A program made the translations under genes and the position numbers. The notes below the pieces were generated by a model. That model saw only the letters and a list, made by a program, of their open reading frames with translations. It had not been told where the DNA came from and made no database searches. 64,000 bases of DNA from Bacteroidales bacterium (GTDB taxonomy: Bacteria; Bacteroidota; Bacteroidia; Bacteroidales; FEN-979): the NCBI GenBank assembly GCA_025355465.1, contig JANXZO010000046.1:666-64665 (forward strand). The letters are read 5' to 3'. The first letter of the stretch is position 1. Every line of letters begins with the position of its first letter. Below are positions 28,772-38,981 of the stretch, piece after piece.

Positions 28772-29836
28772 CTATCTTGTCATCTCGCTGTTGCGCTTCT
28801 TCAGTTCAAGCGCCCTGGTGAAGTCGGCGATAGAACCGGAAAGGTCGCCGAGGTTCTTTTTGGCAAATCCCCGGTAATAATATGCATCACCCTGATCGGG
28901 CCTCAACTGGATAGCGGTGGTGAGCGACTCCAGCGCTTTCTGGTATTTCTTCATCCGCAGCAATACAACACCCCTGTTGTAATAGGCTTCAAATATTCGC
29001 TTGTCCTTTGAAATTGCTTTTCCGAATGAGTTGATGGATTTGGAATATTTTTCAATATAGGCTTCCGTACACCCTCTGTTGTTGTAGGAGGGGGCAAGGC
29101 CGGGCTTTTTGGAGATCAGCAACTGATATGATTTTATGGATTGCGCATTGTCGCCAACCAGCCGGTAAAGGTAACCCATGCAAATAAGCAGCGCACTGTC
29201 GTCTTTTTGATCCAGCTCGCGTGCCTTCAGAAAGAGATTTATTGAGTTACTGTAGCGGTGCATTGTAAACATGTATGTCCCGAAGTTGTAATACGCATCG
29301 TAAAACTTGGGATCCTTCGTCGCATATTTGAAAAGGGCTTCGATCAGCAGTGTGTCGGCAGGCCGGTGCAGCGCGTTGTTGGTCCCCATAAGGTAGGCGG
29401 CAAACGTGTTATCCTTAACATAATCGGCGTTATCCCAGTACTCGGCTTTTTTAAGTTGGGTCACCGGTACTTTCATCGCCCGGCTGTACATGGTGAGAAT
29501 GCTGTCTGGCATATTCAGCTGCATAAAGGCAATGCCAAGATAGAGGTTGCATAAGGAACGGTTGGTGGTGGTGTCGTTGAGGGCGCTTTTGAAATCAAAG
29601 ATGGATTCCTGATAGGCACGTTTCCGCAACAAGCTGAGCCCGCGATAAAAATGGACAAACCCAACCGTATTTCCTTTGGGAAACAGATCATCCTTGTTGC
29701 GGTCGGCAATAGAGGTATAGTCTGTCTGGTAACCAATATTGCAGATCTCCTTCAGTTCCAGTGTCTGACTCTTCGCCTGCAACGGGAGAAGAAAAATACA
29801 AACCAATGCCGTCAGTAAATACTGCACTCCTTTCAT
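28772..29836 (-). CDS. Secreted tetratricopeptide-repeat protein
   Basis: Signal peptide; AYYNRG, SYNNRG and AYYYRG TPR units. Confidence 0.85.
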   Translation of the reverse strand: MKGVQYLLTALVCIFLLPLQAKSQTLELKEICNIGYQTDYTSIADRNKDDLFPKGNTVGFVHFYRGLSLLRKRAYQESIFDFKSALNDTTTNRSLCNLYLGIAFMQLNMPDSILTMYSRAMKVPVTQLKKAEYWDNADYVKDNTFAAYLMGTNNALHRPADTLLIEALFKYATKDPKFYDAYYNFGTYMFTMHRYSNSINLFLKARELDQKDDSALLICMGYLYRLVGDNAQSIKSYQLLISKKPGLAPSYNNRGCTEAYIEKYSKSINSFGKAISKDKRIFEAYYNRGVVLLRMKKYQKALESLTTAIQLRPDQGDAYYYRGFAKKNLGDLSGSIADFTRALELKKRNSEMTR

Positions 29837-29935
29837 TTTACTCAAAATTGATAAGTTAGCCGGAATTTTCTTTCAAATATAGGCTTTTTTGGAAATCAAT
29901 GATTTTTCTAACTTTACAAAAAATGCATTGGTTAC

Positions 29936-30766
29936 ATGAATTTCAGGCTTAAAACAAGGGAGCTGCTCCTTTTTATTACAATTGCACTGGGCATCTACAT
30001 GCTATTGATCATCGGATTTGCCTGGCTCTATTATGGCACGAACAGCATCGGGCTGACTCCTTACTCAAAGCCATTTACCGAGACGATCGACTTTGAAAAG
30101 GCCATCTATTTCAGCATCGTATCGTTCCATACCATCGGGTTTGGCGATATTCATCCCACCAGCGACCTTGGCCGGCAGATCGTGATGGTTCAGTCGACCC
30201 TTTCACTTTTCTTCACCGCAATTTTTTCGGGCTTCCTGGTCTATTTCGTCATCAAACGCCCCAGGGATATTTTTGCTACCGAAAGAGTCTATATCCGTTT
30301 TCGAAAACACCATTATTTTTTATCGATACGGCTTGGCAACCTGGGGCGCGATATCATCGACCTGAAGAGTAAATTCGAAGCATGGACCATCGTAAACAAC
30401 ACCCGCATCCGTGCCTTCCGGTCGGAAGAGGAGCTGGCCGACCTGGAAAAAATCCTGTACTTCGATATCGACCTTAATGAACCGGCCAATTTAAACCTGC
30501 GCAATGCCATCAAAACCTCCCTGGAAAACAAGACCCTGCTGCATATGAAATTTTCATTCATTGGCAACGATATCAAAACCGGAGAACAGGTAGCGTATGC
30601 AAAATACTACGACACGGGGCATCTTCGCTTCGGCAAGATGTTCCTGAATGTATATTCATGGGATACTAACGGCCGGCGAAAAAATTTCCGCTGGAATAAT
30701 TTTGAGCGTATAGAAGAGATGAACCCGGAACTGGTTCAGGGGTTTCTTGAAGCTGAGGCGCCCTGA
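29936..30766 (+). CDS. Two-TM potassium channel, KirBac-like
   Basis: TM1, YFSIVSFHTIGFGD filter, TM2, then a beta-rich cytoplasmic domain (LSIRLGN). Confidence 0.8.
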   Translation: MNFRLKTRELLLFITIALGIYMLLIIGFAWLYYGTNSIGLTPYSKPFTETIDFEKAIYFSIVSFHTIGFGDIHPTSDLGRQIVMVQSTLSLFFTAIFSGFLVYFVIKRPRDIFATERVYIRFRKHHYFLSIRLGNLGRDIIDLKSKFEAWTIVNNTRIRAFRSEEELADLEKILYFDIDLNEPANLNLRNAIKTSLENKTLLHMKFSFIGNDIKTGEQVAYAKYYDTGHLRFGKMFLNVYSWDTNGRRKNFRWNNFERIEEMNPELVQGFLEAEAP

Positions 30767-31374
30767 TCGGATTCCACTTTTCCCTGCACTCCCGGGGGAA
30801 GGCGGAAATATAGTGTCGCCCTCCGGGCTGCATAAGCGATCCAGATGATCCACATGATCAGGATCTCCAGATAGAACATCGGGCCGAACAGAATATCCTG
30901 AAGCAAATGAAAATGTTCAGGATAAATGGTGCAATGGAGCGTGAGCAGTACGAACCGGATCAATACGAGGGCCAGTATGATCAGGATGTTCAGGGGAATG
31001 TACCAAAGTTTAACCCTCCACGGCCCCGGGAGGATCAAAAAGACGGCGGAAACGAGAAAAATCTGCTTCAGGCCGGAAAAATAGAACCAGTAACTCATTA
31101 AAAATCCGCCAGGCAGAACCAGACTGTTGCTTTCACGCACAATCCCGATGTGCAGCACAGGATTCAAAATGGATGGCGTAACCCGAAGCAGGATGTCCCC
31201 GATGAAATTACTGATCCCCGTTAGCAGCGGCAGATTTGAAATAACCTCTTCCTTCGATTCCCATAGCACCTGATAAGCGACCATGATGAACATAAACAAC
31301 CACAATTCAGCAAACAGACGGTGGTTCCACGTTGATTTCTGGTCATTCTTCCGATCTGGCAGGGAGGTGGACAT
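30736..31374 (-). CDS. Exosortase/archaeosortase-family membrane protein with degenerate catalytic residues
   Basis: SGLKQ..LPGPWRVKLWYIP..IRFV resembles Bacteroidales exosortase-family proteins, but Phe rather than Cys precedes SGLKQ. Confidence 0.6.
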   Translation of the reverse strand: MSTSLPDRKNDQKSTWNHRLFAELWLFMFIMVAYQVLWESKEEVISNLPLLTGISNFIGDILLRVTPSILNPVLHIGIVRESNSLVLPGGFLMSYWFYFSGLKQIFLVSAVFLILPGPWRVKLWYIPLNILIILALVLIRFVLLTLHCTIYPEHFHLLQDILFGPMFYLEILIMWIIWIAYAARRATLYFRLPPGVQGKVESDQGASASRNP

Positions 31375-31395
31375 CCGGTACGTTTAAACTTTCAC

Positions 31396-32349
31396 TCAGA
31401 ATCTTTTTACGTAACCATGACAATAGGGCGTTGTTCCTTTGTGATTGTAGTAGTCTTGGTGATAGTCCTCGGCCTTCCACAAGGTAGTGGCAGGTTTAAC
31501 CTCCGTGACTACCCTGAACCCCTTTTCTTTGAGTTCGGCAATTAGTTTTTCAGTGATGGTTTTTTGCGATTCATTCCGGTAAAATACAGCTGACCTGTAT
31601 TGCTCTCCCCAGTCGGGTCCCTGGTGGTTCCATTCCGTGGGATCGTGAATTTCGAAAAAGAGACGGGCAATGGTTTCAAAATTTGTAAGGGAAGCATCAA
31701 ACACCACCTCAATGGCTTCATAATGCCCGGTTGTTCCGGTACACACCTCCTTGTAAGTAGGATGGTCTTTATGTCCACCGGTATATCCGACCTCGGTGGA
31801 GATCACCCCCCTGGATTTCATCATGTAGTATTCAACCCCCCAGAAACACCCCCCGGCAAAAATAGCGGTATCGTAGTTTTTAGGTGCATTCGCAGGCAGG
31901 AAATCAAGCGAGATCGAGTTTACGCAATGACGTGTGTTCTTTGGCGTGAAACCTTCGCCCTTGAAAACATGCCCAAGGTGCGCCCCGCATCTGGCACATA
32001 CGATTTCCGTTCGCATGCCGTCGGCATCAGGTATATGCTTTACCGCCCCGTGAATTTCGTCGTCGAAAGCCGGCCAGCCGCATTGTGCATCAAACTTGTC
32101 GGTGGACCGGTAGAGCGGAGCTCCGCAACGTTTGCAAACATAGGTGCCGGGTTCGTTATACTTCTCATATTTTCCGGTAAACGGACGTTCCGTCCCTTTG
32201 TTGATGATCACCTGCTCCTCTTCGGGAGTGAGTTTCCTGTATTCCATGTTCTTCACAATTTTATCACTATTCCGGGTCTGTGTTTGTGAACACCCCATCG
32301 TGGTTGTGATCAGGGCAGCCATGATGAAACCAACGTGCTTGACAGACAT
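31396..32349 (-). CDS. msrAB: Bifunctional methionine sulfoxide reductase MsrB-MsrA (lipoprotein)
   Basis: MsrB: GTERPFTG, CGWPAF, HLGHVF, RHCVNS. MsrA: AGGCFWG, AEDYHQDYY. N-terminal MGC lipobox. Confidence 0.93.
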   Translation of the reverse strand: MSVKHVGFIMAALITTTMGCSQTQTRNSDKIVKNMEYRKLTPEEEQVIINKGTERPFTGKYEKYNEPGTYVCKRCGAPLYRSTDKFDAQCGWPAFDDEIHGAVKHIPDADGMRTEIVCARCGAHLGHVFKGEGFTPKNTRHCVNSISLDFLPANAPKNYDTAIFAGGCFWGVEYYMMKSRGVISTEVGYTGGHKDHPTYKEVCTGTTGHYEAIEVVFDASLTNFETIARLFFEIHDPTEWNHQGPDWGEQYRSAVFYRNESQKTITEKLIAELKEKGFRVVTEVKPATTLWKAEDYHQDYYNHKGTTPYCHGYVKRF

Positions 32350-32435
32350 TTTAATCTGATTTAGTCTTGCTAAATACGATAATCTGTCGGAATTATTTCA
32401 AAAAGCAGGGATAATATTTTGCACGTCCGGGAGAA

Positions 32436-32933
32436 TTAAAGGATCATGATCTTTTCCACCTTGGTGATCACACCCGAGGTAAGTCTGACGTAGGCAGCGC
32501 CGGGCCTTACTTTTCCAAGAACGTTGAAGGAGCTGCAGTTCGTGCCGCCGCGCATGGTCTTATGCATCAGGGTCTCGATTACGCTTCCATCGCATGCCAG
32601 AAGCTCGATTTTAACGGGTGCTGTCTCCTCAATGGTGTATACCAGGTTGATAATTTCCATCACCGGATTGGGGAGAATCTTTACCCGCATGTCGTCTCGC
32701 TGATGCACCGCACGCTGGTTCGGACATTCAACCAACATGGGAGGAGGGTTGATCCCCCCGGGGTACAATTCATACTTGGCATATTTTTTAACCGGCGCCG
32801 GCTTTGGCTTGGGTTTGGGAATTATTTTCACAACCGGCTTCTTTCGGCATGGGCAGTCATCCTCCACCGGAACAGCAGAAAAGGATGATAATGAGAAGAT
32901 AAGGAGAAGGAATAAAATATAGCCGCTTTTCAT
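32436..32933 (-). CDS. Small T9SS type-A sorting-domain (CTD) protein
   Basis: Signal peptide, a Pro/Lys-rich segment, then ILPNPV..G..YVRL..KIMIL, which matches the Por secretion tail pattern. Confidence 0.7.
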   Translation of the reverse strand: MKSGYILFLLLIFSLSSFSAVPVEDDCPCRKKPVVKIIPKPKPKPAPVKKYAKYELYPGGINPPPMLVECPNQRAVHQRDDMRVKILPNPVMEIINLVYTIEETAPVKIELLACDGSVIETLMHKTMRGGTNCSSFNVLGKVRPGAAYVRLTSGVITKVEKIMIL

Positions 32934-33098
32934 GATGTTCAATTTCAGTTTTGTACGCAGCTCAACCACATCGGGTTACAGTTTTGATATGGGAATTAGT
33001 AACTGTGCACTTTTTCAGCCATTTTGTATCCCTCGGCAGATGTAAATTCAACCTGCCGCCAGAATGATTACCTTTACCGCCCCAAAAGAGATAAGACC

Positions 33099-34112
33099 AT
33101 GAAGAAAATACTTGGAATGGGCAATGCCCTTGTTGACATCATGATTCCGCTGGAAAGCGACACCATACTTCAAATGCTGGACCTCCCGAAAGGGAGTATG
33201 CAGTTGGTTGACAAGGATCGCAGCAACGCAGTACTTACCGCTTTGAGAGGGTATGAAAAGAGCCAGTCGGCCGGGGGGTCGGCGGCCAACACCATTCACG
33301 GACTTGCCATGTTGGGTGCCGGTACCGGTTATATCGGAGTGGTAGGCGAAGACGAATTGGGCGGGTTCTTTGTCCGCGACCTCATCCAGGCCGGAGTTGA
33401 TCCGCATCTGATCCACAGTCAGGGTGAAACCGGTCGTGCCGTGGCCCTCGTGACCCCCGACTCGGAAAGAACTTTTGCAACCTTCCTCGGTGCAGCCATC
33501 GAACTGACAGCAGAGCACCTCGGAGTTGAGAATGGTCACACCGGAATGCCCTCTGCAGGAGGCGACATTTTCAAAGGCTACTCCTACTTCCATATCGAAG
33601 GGTACCTTGTGCAGAACCATGACCTGATCCGCAGGGCGGTTGAACTTGCCAGGTCCAATGGATTACTGGTGTCGCTCGACATGGCCAGTTACAATGTGGT
33701 AGAAGCCAACCGTGACTTCCTGTTGTCCATCATCACCGACTATGTGGACATTGTCTTTGCCAATGAAGACGAAGCCAGGGCGCTCACCGGCCTGGAACCC
33801 GAAAAGGCGTTGGAGGAGATCGCCGCTATCTGTAAAATCGCCATCGTTAAAACCGGCAGCAGCGGTTCGCTGGTAAAATCAGGTTCCGACGTGCATACCA
33901 TCGGAATCATCGAGGTGACTCCCATCGATACCACCGGCGCCGGCGACCTCTATGCAGCCGGATTCCTTTACGGACATTCCAACGGATTTTCTTTACAGCG
34001 CTGCGGCGAACTGGGAGCCCTGCTGGCAGGCAACGTAATCGAATTCATGGGATCAAAGATGCCCTCCGATCGCTGGACCCGGATCCGGGAACAGGTCTCC
34101 CCAACCCCTTAA
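33099..34112 (+). CDS. PfkB-family carbohydrate/adenosine kinase
   Basis: GMGNALVD, AGGSAANT, FANEDE, DTTGAGDLYAAGF. Confidence 0.92.
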   Translation: MKKILGMGNALVDIMIPLESDTILQMLDLPKGSMQLVDKDRSNAVLTALRGYEKSQSAGGSAANTIHGLAMLGAGTGYIGVVGEDELGGFFVRDLIQAGVDPHLIHSQGETGRAVALVTPDSERTFATFLGAAIELTAEHLGVENGHTGMPSAGGDIFKGYSYFHIEGYLVQNHDLIRRAVELARSNGLLVSLDMASYNVVEANRDFLLSIITDYVDIVFANEDEARALTGLEPEKALEEIAAICKIAIVKTGSSGSLVKSGSDVHTIGIIEVTPIDTTGAGDLYAAGFLYGHSNGFSLQRCGELGALLAGNVIEFMGSKMPSDRWTRIREQVSPTP

Positions 34113-34280
34113 GCATCTCCATCCGGCCGACGCAACACGCTTTAATAGATTGATTCTTAATTCCTAATTCCGCTTTCTTAATTGGGTCAGGGGCTTGGTT
34201 AATTCCGTAAAAATTTCTATTTTTGTGGCCCTTTCACGAAAATTTTAATTCTCAATCACTTATATAATTATTCAGCTGCC

Positions 34281-36416
34281 ATGAAGGTATATCAAACCAA
34301 CGAAATCCGCAACATCGCCCTCATCGGGGGAGCCAAATCAGGAAAAACAACACTTGCTGAAGCCATGCTGTTCGAAGGTGGTGTAATCAGCCGCCGGGGA
34401 ACAGTAGAAGACAAGAATACCGTTTCCGACTATCGTCCGATTGAACTTGAACGTCAGAACTCGGTTTCAGCTTCGATCCTCTATACCCTGGCCGACAACA
34501 AGAAGATCAACATGCTCGATACCCCGGGATTTGATGACTTCTGCGGCGAAGTTATTTCAGCCCTTCGGGTAGCCGATACAGCTTTTATGGTAGTAAACGG
34601 ACAGAATGGTGTGGAAGTTGGCACGGAGATTACCTGGCGGTATTCAAACAGGGCCAACACGCCGGTGGTATTTGTCATTAATCATCTGGATCAGGAAAAT
34701 GCCAATTTCGACGAAACCATTCGTCAGTTGAAGGCTCAGTTCGGAAAGAATATCACCCTCATGCAGTATCCGGTCAATGCCGGAACCGGTTTTAACAGCA
34801 TCATCGACCTGTTGAAGATGAAGATGTTTGTTTATCCTAAAGGGGGCGGAAAACCCGAGATTAAAGACATCCCTGATGGCGAAAAGGGAAAAGCCGAAGA
34901 GATGTATGCCGCCCTCATGGAGGAGCTGGCTTCCAAAGATGAATCGCTGATGGAGGTCTTTTTCGATAAAGGTGTACTTACCGAGGAGGAGATGCTGAAA
35001 GCGCTGAAGACCGGCCTGATCAGCCGTACCATTTTCCCGGTGATGTGCGTGTGTGCAAAACAGAATATGGGTGTTGGCCGTCTGCTCGATTTTATTGCCG
35101 GGAGCGTTCCTGCACCAAACGAGATGCCCGGAACCAAAACCAAAGACGGAAAAGTGCTGAAATGCAACTCTTCCGACCCCACTTCGGCCTTCATCTTCAA
35201 AACTTCCATCGAGCAGCATCTGGGAGAGATCTCCTATTTTAAAGTCTATTCCGGTGAGATCACCGAAGCCATGGATATGATCAACCCGGCCCGGCAGTCG
35301 AAAGAACGCCTGTCACAGCTCTTTGTCGTAAACGGCAAGAATCGCGAAAAGGTTGACAAAATGGTTGCCGGCGACATCGGTGCCACCATCAAACTGAAAA
35401 ACACCTATACCGGAAACACCCTGAATTCTCAGAAGAATGCAGATGACGTAATTGAGAAGACAGTTTATCCTGAGCCCAAATTCAGGACAGCAGTGAAGGC
35501 GAAAAACACTGCCGATGATGAAAAGATCAGTACCATCCTCCACGAACTTGCCAAGATGGATCCCACCCTCATCATGGGATATTCCCGCGAACTGAAGCAG
35601 ATGATCCTCCAGGGGCAGGGTGAACTTCATCTTAACCTGGCCAAATGGCATGTAGAGACACTGGAGAAAATTCCGGTCGAATATTACGCACCGCGCATTC
35701 CTTACCGCGAAACCATTACCAAACCCGCCAAAGCAATGTACCGCCACAAGAAACAATCGGGCGGTTCGGGCCAGTTCGGAGAGGTGCATATGCTTATTCA
35801 GCCTTTCCGTGAAGGAATGACCGAACAAACTGAATTTCCCATCCGCGGCCGCGATGTGACAGAACTCGAATGGGGCGGAAAACTCCAGATGAATAACTGT
35901 ATTGTCGGTGGTTCCATTGATGCACGCTTTATGCCGGCAATCCTCAAGGGAGTTATGGAAAAGATGGAAGAGGGTCCCCTCACCGGTTCCTATGCCCGTG
36001 ACATTGTTTTCAACGTTTACGACGGTAAGATGCACCCGGTCGACTCCAACGAAATCTCCTTCAAACTCGCCGGCCGCCAGGCTTTTAAAGAGGCCTTCAA
36101 AAATGCAGGTCCCAAAATTCTGGAGCCGATCTACGATATTGAGGTGATCGTTCCGGAAGACAAAATGGGGGAAGTTATGACCGACCTCCAGGGCCGCCGT
36201 GCCGTGATCATGGGAATGGACAGCGAAGGCAACTACCAGAAGATCCTTGCCAAAGTGCCGCTGGCCGAGCTAAACCGATACTCTACAGCCCTGAGTTCCA
36301 TTACCAGTGGCCGTGCCACCTACGGAATGAAGTTTGCCGAATACGCACAGGTACCGGGCGACATTCAGGACAAATTGCTGAAAGCCTACGAAGAACAGGA
36401 GAACGAAGAGGAATAG
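34281..36416 (+). CDS. fusA2: Elongation factor G2 (Bacteroides-type EF-G2)
   Basis: MKVYQTNEIRNIAL start; divergent G motifs GGAKSGKTT, ERQNSV, DTPGFDDF, NHLD; an insertion in domain IV. TATTTTTG box at 34218-34225. Confidence 0.9.
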   Translation: MKVYQTNEIRNIALIGGAKSGKTTLAEAMLFEGGVISRRGTVEDKNTVSDYRPIELERQNSVSASILYTLADNKKINMLDTPGFDDFCGEVISALRVADTAFMVVNGQNGVEVGTEITWRYSNRANTPVVFVINHLDQENANFDETIRQLKAQFGKNITLMQYPVNAGTGFNSIIDLLKMKMFVYPKGGGKPEIKDIPDGEKGKAEEMYAALMEELASKDESLMEVFFDKGVLTEEEMLKALKTGLISRTIFPVMCVCAKQNMGVGRLLDFIAGSVPAPNEMPGTKTKDGKVLKCNSSDPTSAFIFKTSIEQHLGEISYFKVYSGEITEAMDMINPARQSKERLSQLFVVNGKNREKVDKMVAGDIGATIKLKNTYTGNTLNSQKNADDVIEKTVYPEPKFRTAVKAKNTADDEKISTILHELAKMDPTLIMGYSRELKQMILQGQGELHLNLAKWHVETLEKIPVEYYAPRIPYRETITKPAKAMYRHKKQSGGSGQFGEVHMLIQPFREGMTEQTEFPIRGRDVTELEWGGKLQMNNCIVGGSIDARFMPAILKGVMEKMEEGPLTGSYARDIVFNVYDGKMHPVDSNEISFKLAGRQAFKEAFKNAGPKILEPIYDIEVIVPEDKMGEVMTDLQGRRAVIMGMDSEGNYQKILAKVPLAELNRYSTALSSITSGRATYGMKFAEYAQVPGDIQDKLLKAYEEQENEEE

Positions 36417-36436
36417 AAACCCTGCTTTAGTTATTG

Positions 36437-36465
36437 AAAACCCGGTCGTTTGGCCGGGTTTTTTT
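36437..36465 (+). terminator. Rho-independent terminator after EF-G2
   Basis: AAAACCCGGTC-GTTT-GGCCGGGTTTTTTT hairpin with a U tract. Confidence 0.85.
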
Positions 36466-36482
36466 GAATCCATCAAGCTGAA

Positions 36483-37745
36483 ATGAATCCAGACGATATA
36501 TCTCCGGTAAAACATGATGCCTATGCTGTTCTGAAAGTCAGGGATTTCAGACTGTTTATGACGTTCAGGTTTTTTACAACCATCGCATTCCAGATGCAGG
36601 GTCTCATCGTTGGCTGGCAGATGTATGAGTTTACCCGGGATCCGCTTGCCCTGGGCCTTATCGGGCTGGCCGAAGCCCTGCCCAATATTGCCACCGCGCT
36701 CTATGCCGGTCATGCAGCCGATCGTTATAACCGTAAACGGATCATCGTATGGTTTACCCTCCTTTTCCTCGTCGGAACCACGCTGTTGTTTCTGTTTTCG
36801 ATTAAAAAACTCGGCCTTGTTGCCGCCTTCGGCGTATTTCCAATTTACCTGGTCGTCATGATCTCCGGAATTTCCCGGTCGTTTCTCTATCCCTCCATTG
36901 TTGCCCTTATGTCGCAGCTTATCCCAAGGCACCTTTACACCAACGCCTCCACGTGGAACAGCACCATGTGGCATGTGGCTGCCATCACAGGTCCTGCCCT
37001 CGGCGGAATGATTTATGGGTTTTTCGGAGTACGGGTTGCTTACCTTACGGTACTGTTTTTCCTGATGCTCGCATTGTCACTCCTTTTCTTCGTCAAAAAT
37101 CGTCCGCTCCCACAGTTTGTGGAAGGTGAAAAACTCGTTCAACGCTTGTCTTCGGGATTAAGGTTTGTCTTTAAAAACCAGATTTTACTCGGGACCATGT
37201 CCCTCGACATGTTCGCCGTACTGTTTGGAGGTGCCGTAGCCATGCTTCCCGTTTTTACCGCAGAGGTCCTGATGGTGGGTCCGCAGGGGCTGGGATTCCT
37301 TCGGGCAGCGCCCATGCTGGGAGCGGTGATGATGTCGCTGGTGATGGCTCACCGGCCTCCGATGGTGCATGCCGGTCGCTTCCTGATGATCGGCGTGGCA
37401 GGTTTCGGGCTGAGCATCATCTGCTTTGCCCTGTCCAGAAACTTCTATCTCTCCCTTTTCCTGCTCATTTTGAGCGGCATGTTCGACAATATCAGTGTGA
37501 TCATCCGCTCCACGGCCATGCAACTGCTTACCCCCGACGAGATGCGCGGCCGTGTCGCCTCCGTCAACGCCATCTTCATCGGATCCTCCAACGAGATCGG
37601 CTCCTTCGAGTCAGGTGTCGCCGCCAAAATCATGGGACTCATCCCCTCCGTCATTTTCGGCGGCATGATGACCCTGGGGATCGTCGGTTTCACGGCTAAG
37701 TTCGCACCCAGGCTGAGGAGGTTGAATCTGAGAGAGATCGATTAA
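36483..37745 (+). CDS. MFS transporter (EntS/H+ antiporter-like)
   Basis: About 12 TM helices; GHAADRYNRKR (motif A), LDMFAVLFGGA, MRGRVASVN. Confidence 0.9.
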   Translation: MNPDDISPVKHDAYAVLKVRDFRLFMTFRFFTTIAFQMQGLIVGWQMYEFTRDPLALGLIGLAEALPNIATALYAGHAADRYNRKRIIVWFTLLFLVGTTLLFLFSIKKLGLVAAFGVFPIYLVVMISGISRSFLYPSIVALMSQLIPRHLYTNASTWNSTMWHVAAITGPALGGMIYGFFGVRVAYLTVLFFLMLALSLLFFVKNRPLPQFVEGEKLVQRLSSGLRFVFKNQILLGTMSLDMFAVLFGGAVAMLPVFTAEVLMVGPQGLGFLRAAPMLGAVMMSLVMAHRPPMVHAGRFLMIGVAGFGLSIICFALSRNFYLSLFLLILSGMFDNISVIIRSTAMQLLTPDEMRGRVASVNAIFIGSSNEIGSFESGVAAKIMGLIPSVIFGGMMTLGIVGFTAKFAPRLRRLNLREID

Positions 37746-37773
37746 ATGATGAACAGGAAGGAGTGTGACGGGG

Positions 37774-38919
37774 TTACTGATAAAAACGCCCCACCAACGC
37801 TTCATATTCCCCCTCGCCGAATTTCAGGGCAGCGCCGTTCACCTTATTAGAAACCATTCCATCGATGATTGCCTGCGGGCTGGTGGCGGATATGTTCATT
37901 CCGGAAAGGCGGACAGGACAGCCGATTGAAAGGAAGAAATTTTCGATCCGGTCGATCGACTGGTCTGCAGTGAGCGGGGTGTCGAAGAGACGTGTCCCCA
38001 GTTCGGCAATACGCCCCGGTATTTGCGCTTTGAAGTGGCGCATCCACGCAGGGTAGACAATGGTAAGCGAAGCGCCGTGCGGAACATCGTAAAGCAGCGA
38101 AAGGATATGGCCGGCACTGTGAACGCCCCAGTCGCCGGAACTTCTGCCGTACATGGTGGTGCCGTTGAGCGCCATGGTGGCGGCAAACATGATCCTGGCA
38201 CGGAGATCGTAATTGGTGAGGTCGTTGAGCAGGAGGGGCCCGAACTCCATGGCCTCCTTTACGATGGAGATCACAAACCGGTCGCTCAGCGAGGCTTCGC
38301 CGTTGCCGAACCAGGCTTCGAAACAGTGCGCGATCAGGTCGGCAATTCCGTATGCGGTGTAATCACGGGGCACAGAAATGGTAAGCCGGGGATCGAGGAA
38401 GGAGTGCTTCGGAAAAGTGAGGGGCGAACCAAAGGCCGCTTTTTGTCCCAGGGCATGGTTTGAAACGACTGCAAACGGGTTCATCTCCGATCCGGTGGCA
38501 GCCAGCGTAAGCACCGCCACCAGCGGAACAGCTTTCACCGCCCTGGCCTTGCCGGAGAAGAAATCCCAACCGGTGTGGGTCACGGGTATGGTAACCGAGA
38601 TGATCTTGGCGGAATCGATAACGCTTCCTCCCCCAACGGCAAGGATCATATCGACCTGGTTTTTCCGGCCAACCTCCGCAGCCCCGTCAACATCTTCGAT
38701 AACGGGGTTGGATTTGATACCGCCATACTCGAATACTTCCAATCCGTCTTGCTCAAGATATCCCTTCACCTGGTCGTAAAGCCCGCTGCTTTTAACAGAA
38801 CCTTTGCCGTAAACCAACAGAACTTTGCTGCCGTACTCTTTCAAAATCAGGCCAAGGTTGGCCAGAACATCTTTCCCGAAATGTAGGGTTGTCGGGTTAT
38901 ATATTGTGAAATTTTCCAT
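37774..38919 (-). CDS. Iron-containing alcohol dehydrogenase (BdhA/YqhD-like)
   Basis: NPTTLHFG, AVGGGSVIDSAK, ATGSEMN, and metal ligands in DLIAH, HSAGH and PHGASL. Confidence 0.92.
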   Translation of the reverse strand: MENFTIYNPTTLHFGKDVLANLGLILKEYGSKVLLVYGKGSVKSSGLYDQVKGYLEQDGLEVFEYGGIKSNPVIEDVDGAAEVGRKNQVDMILAVGGGSVIDSAKIISVTIPVTHTGWDFFSGKARAVKAVPLVAVLTLAATGSEMNPFAVVSNHALGQKAAFGSPLTFPKHSFLDPRLTISVPRDYTAYGIADLIAHCFEAWFGNGEASLSDRFVISIVKEAMEFGPLLLNDLTNYDLRARIMFAATMALNGTTMYGRSSGDWGVHSAGHILSLLYDVPHGASLTIVYPAWMRHFKAQIPGRIAELGTRLFDTPLTADQSIDRIENFFLSIGCPVRLSGMNISATSPQAIIDGMVSNKVNGAALKFGEGEYEALVGRFYQ

Positions 38920-38981
38920 GATTGATGGTTATAATTCGTCCCAATTTCCGCATTCAGAAGTGTGTGGGAGCAGATAGAAAC

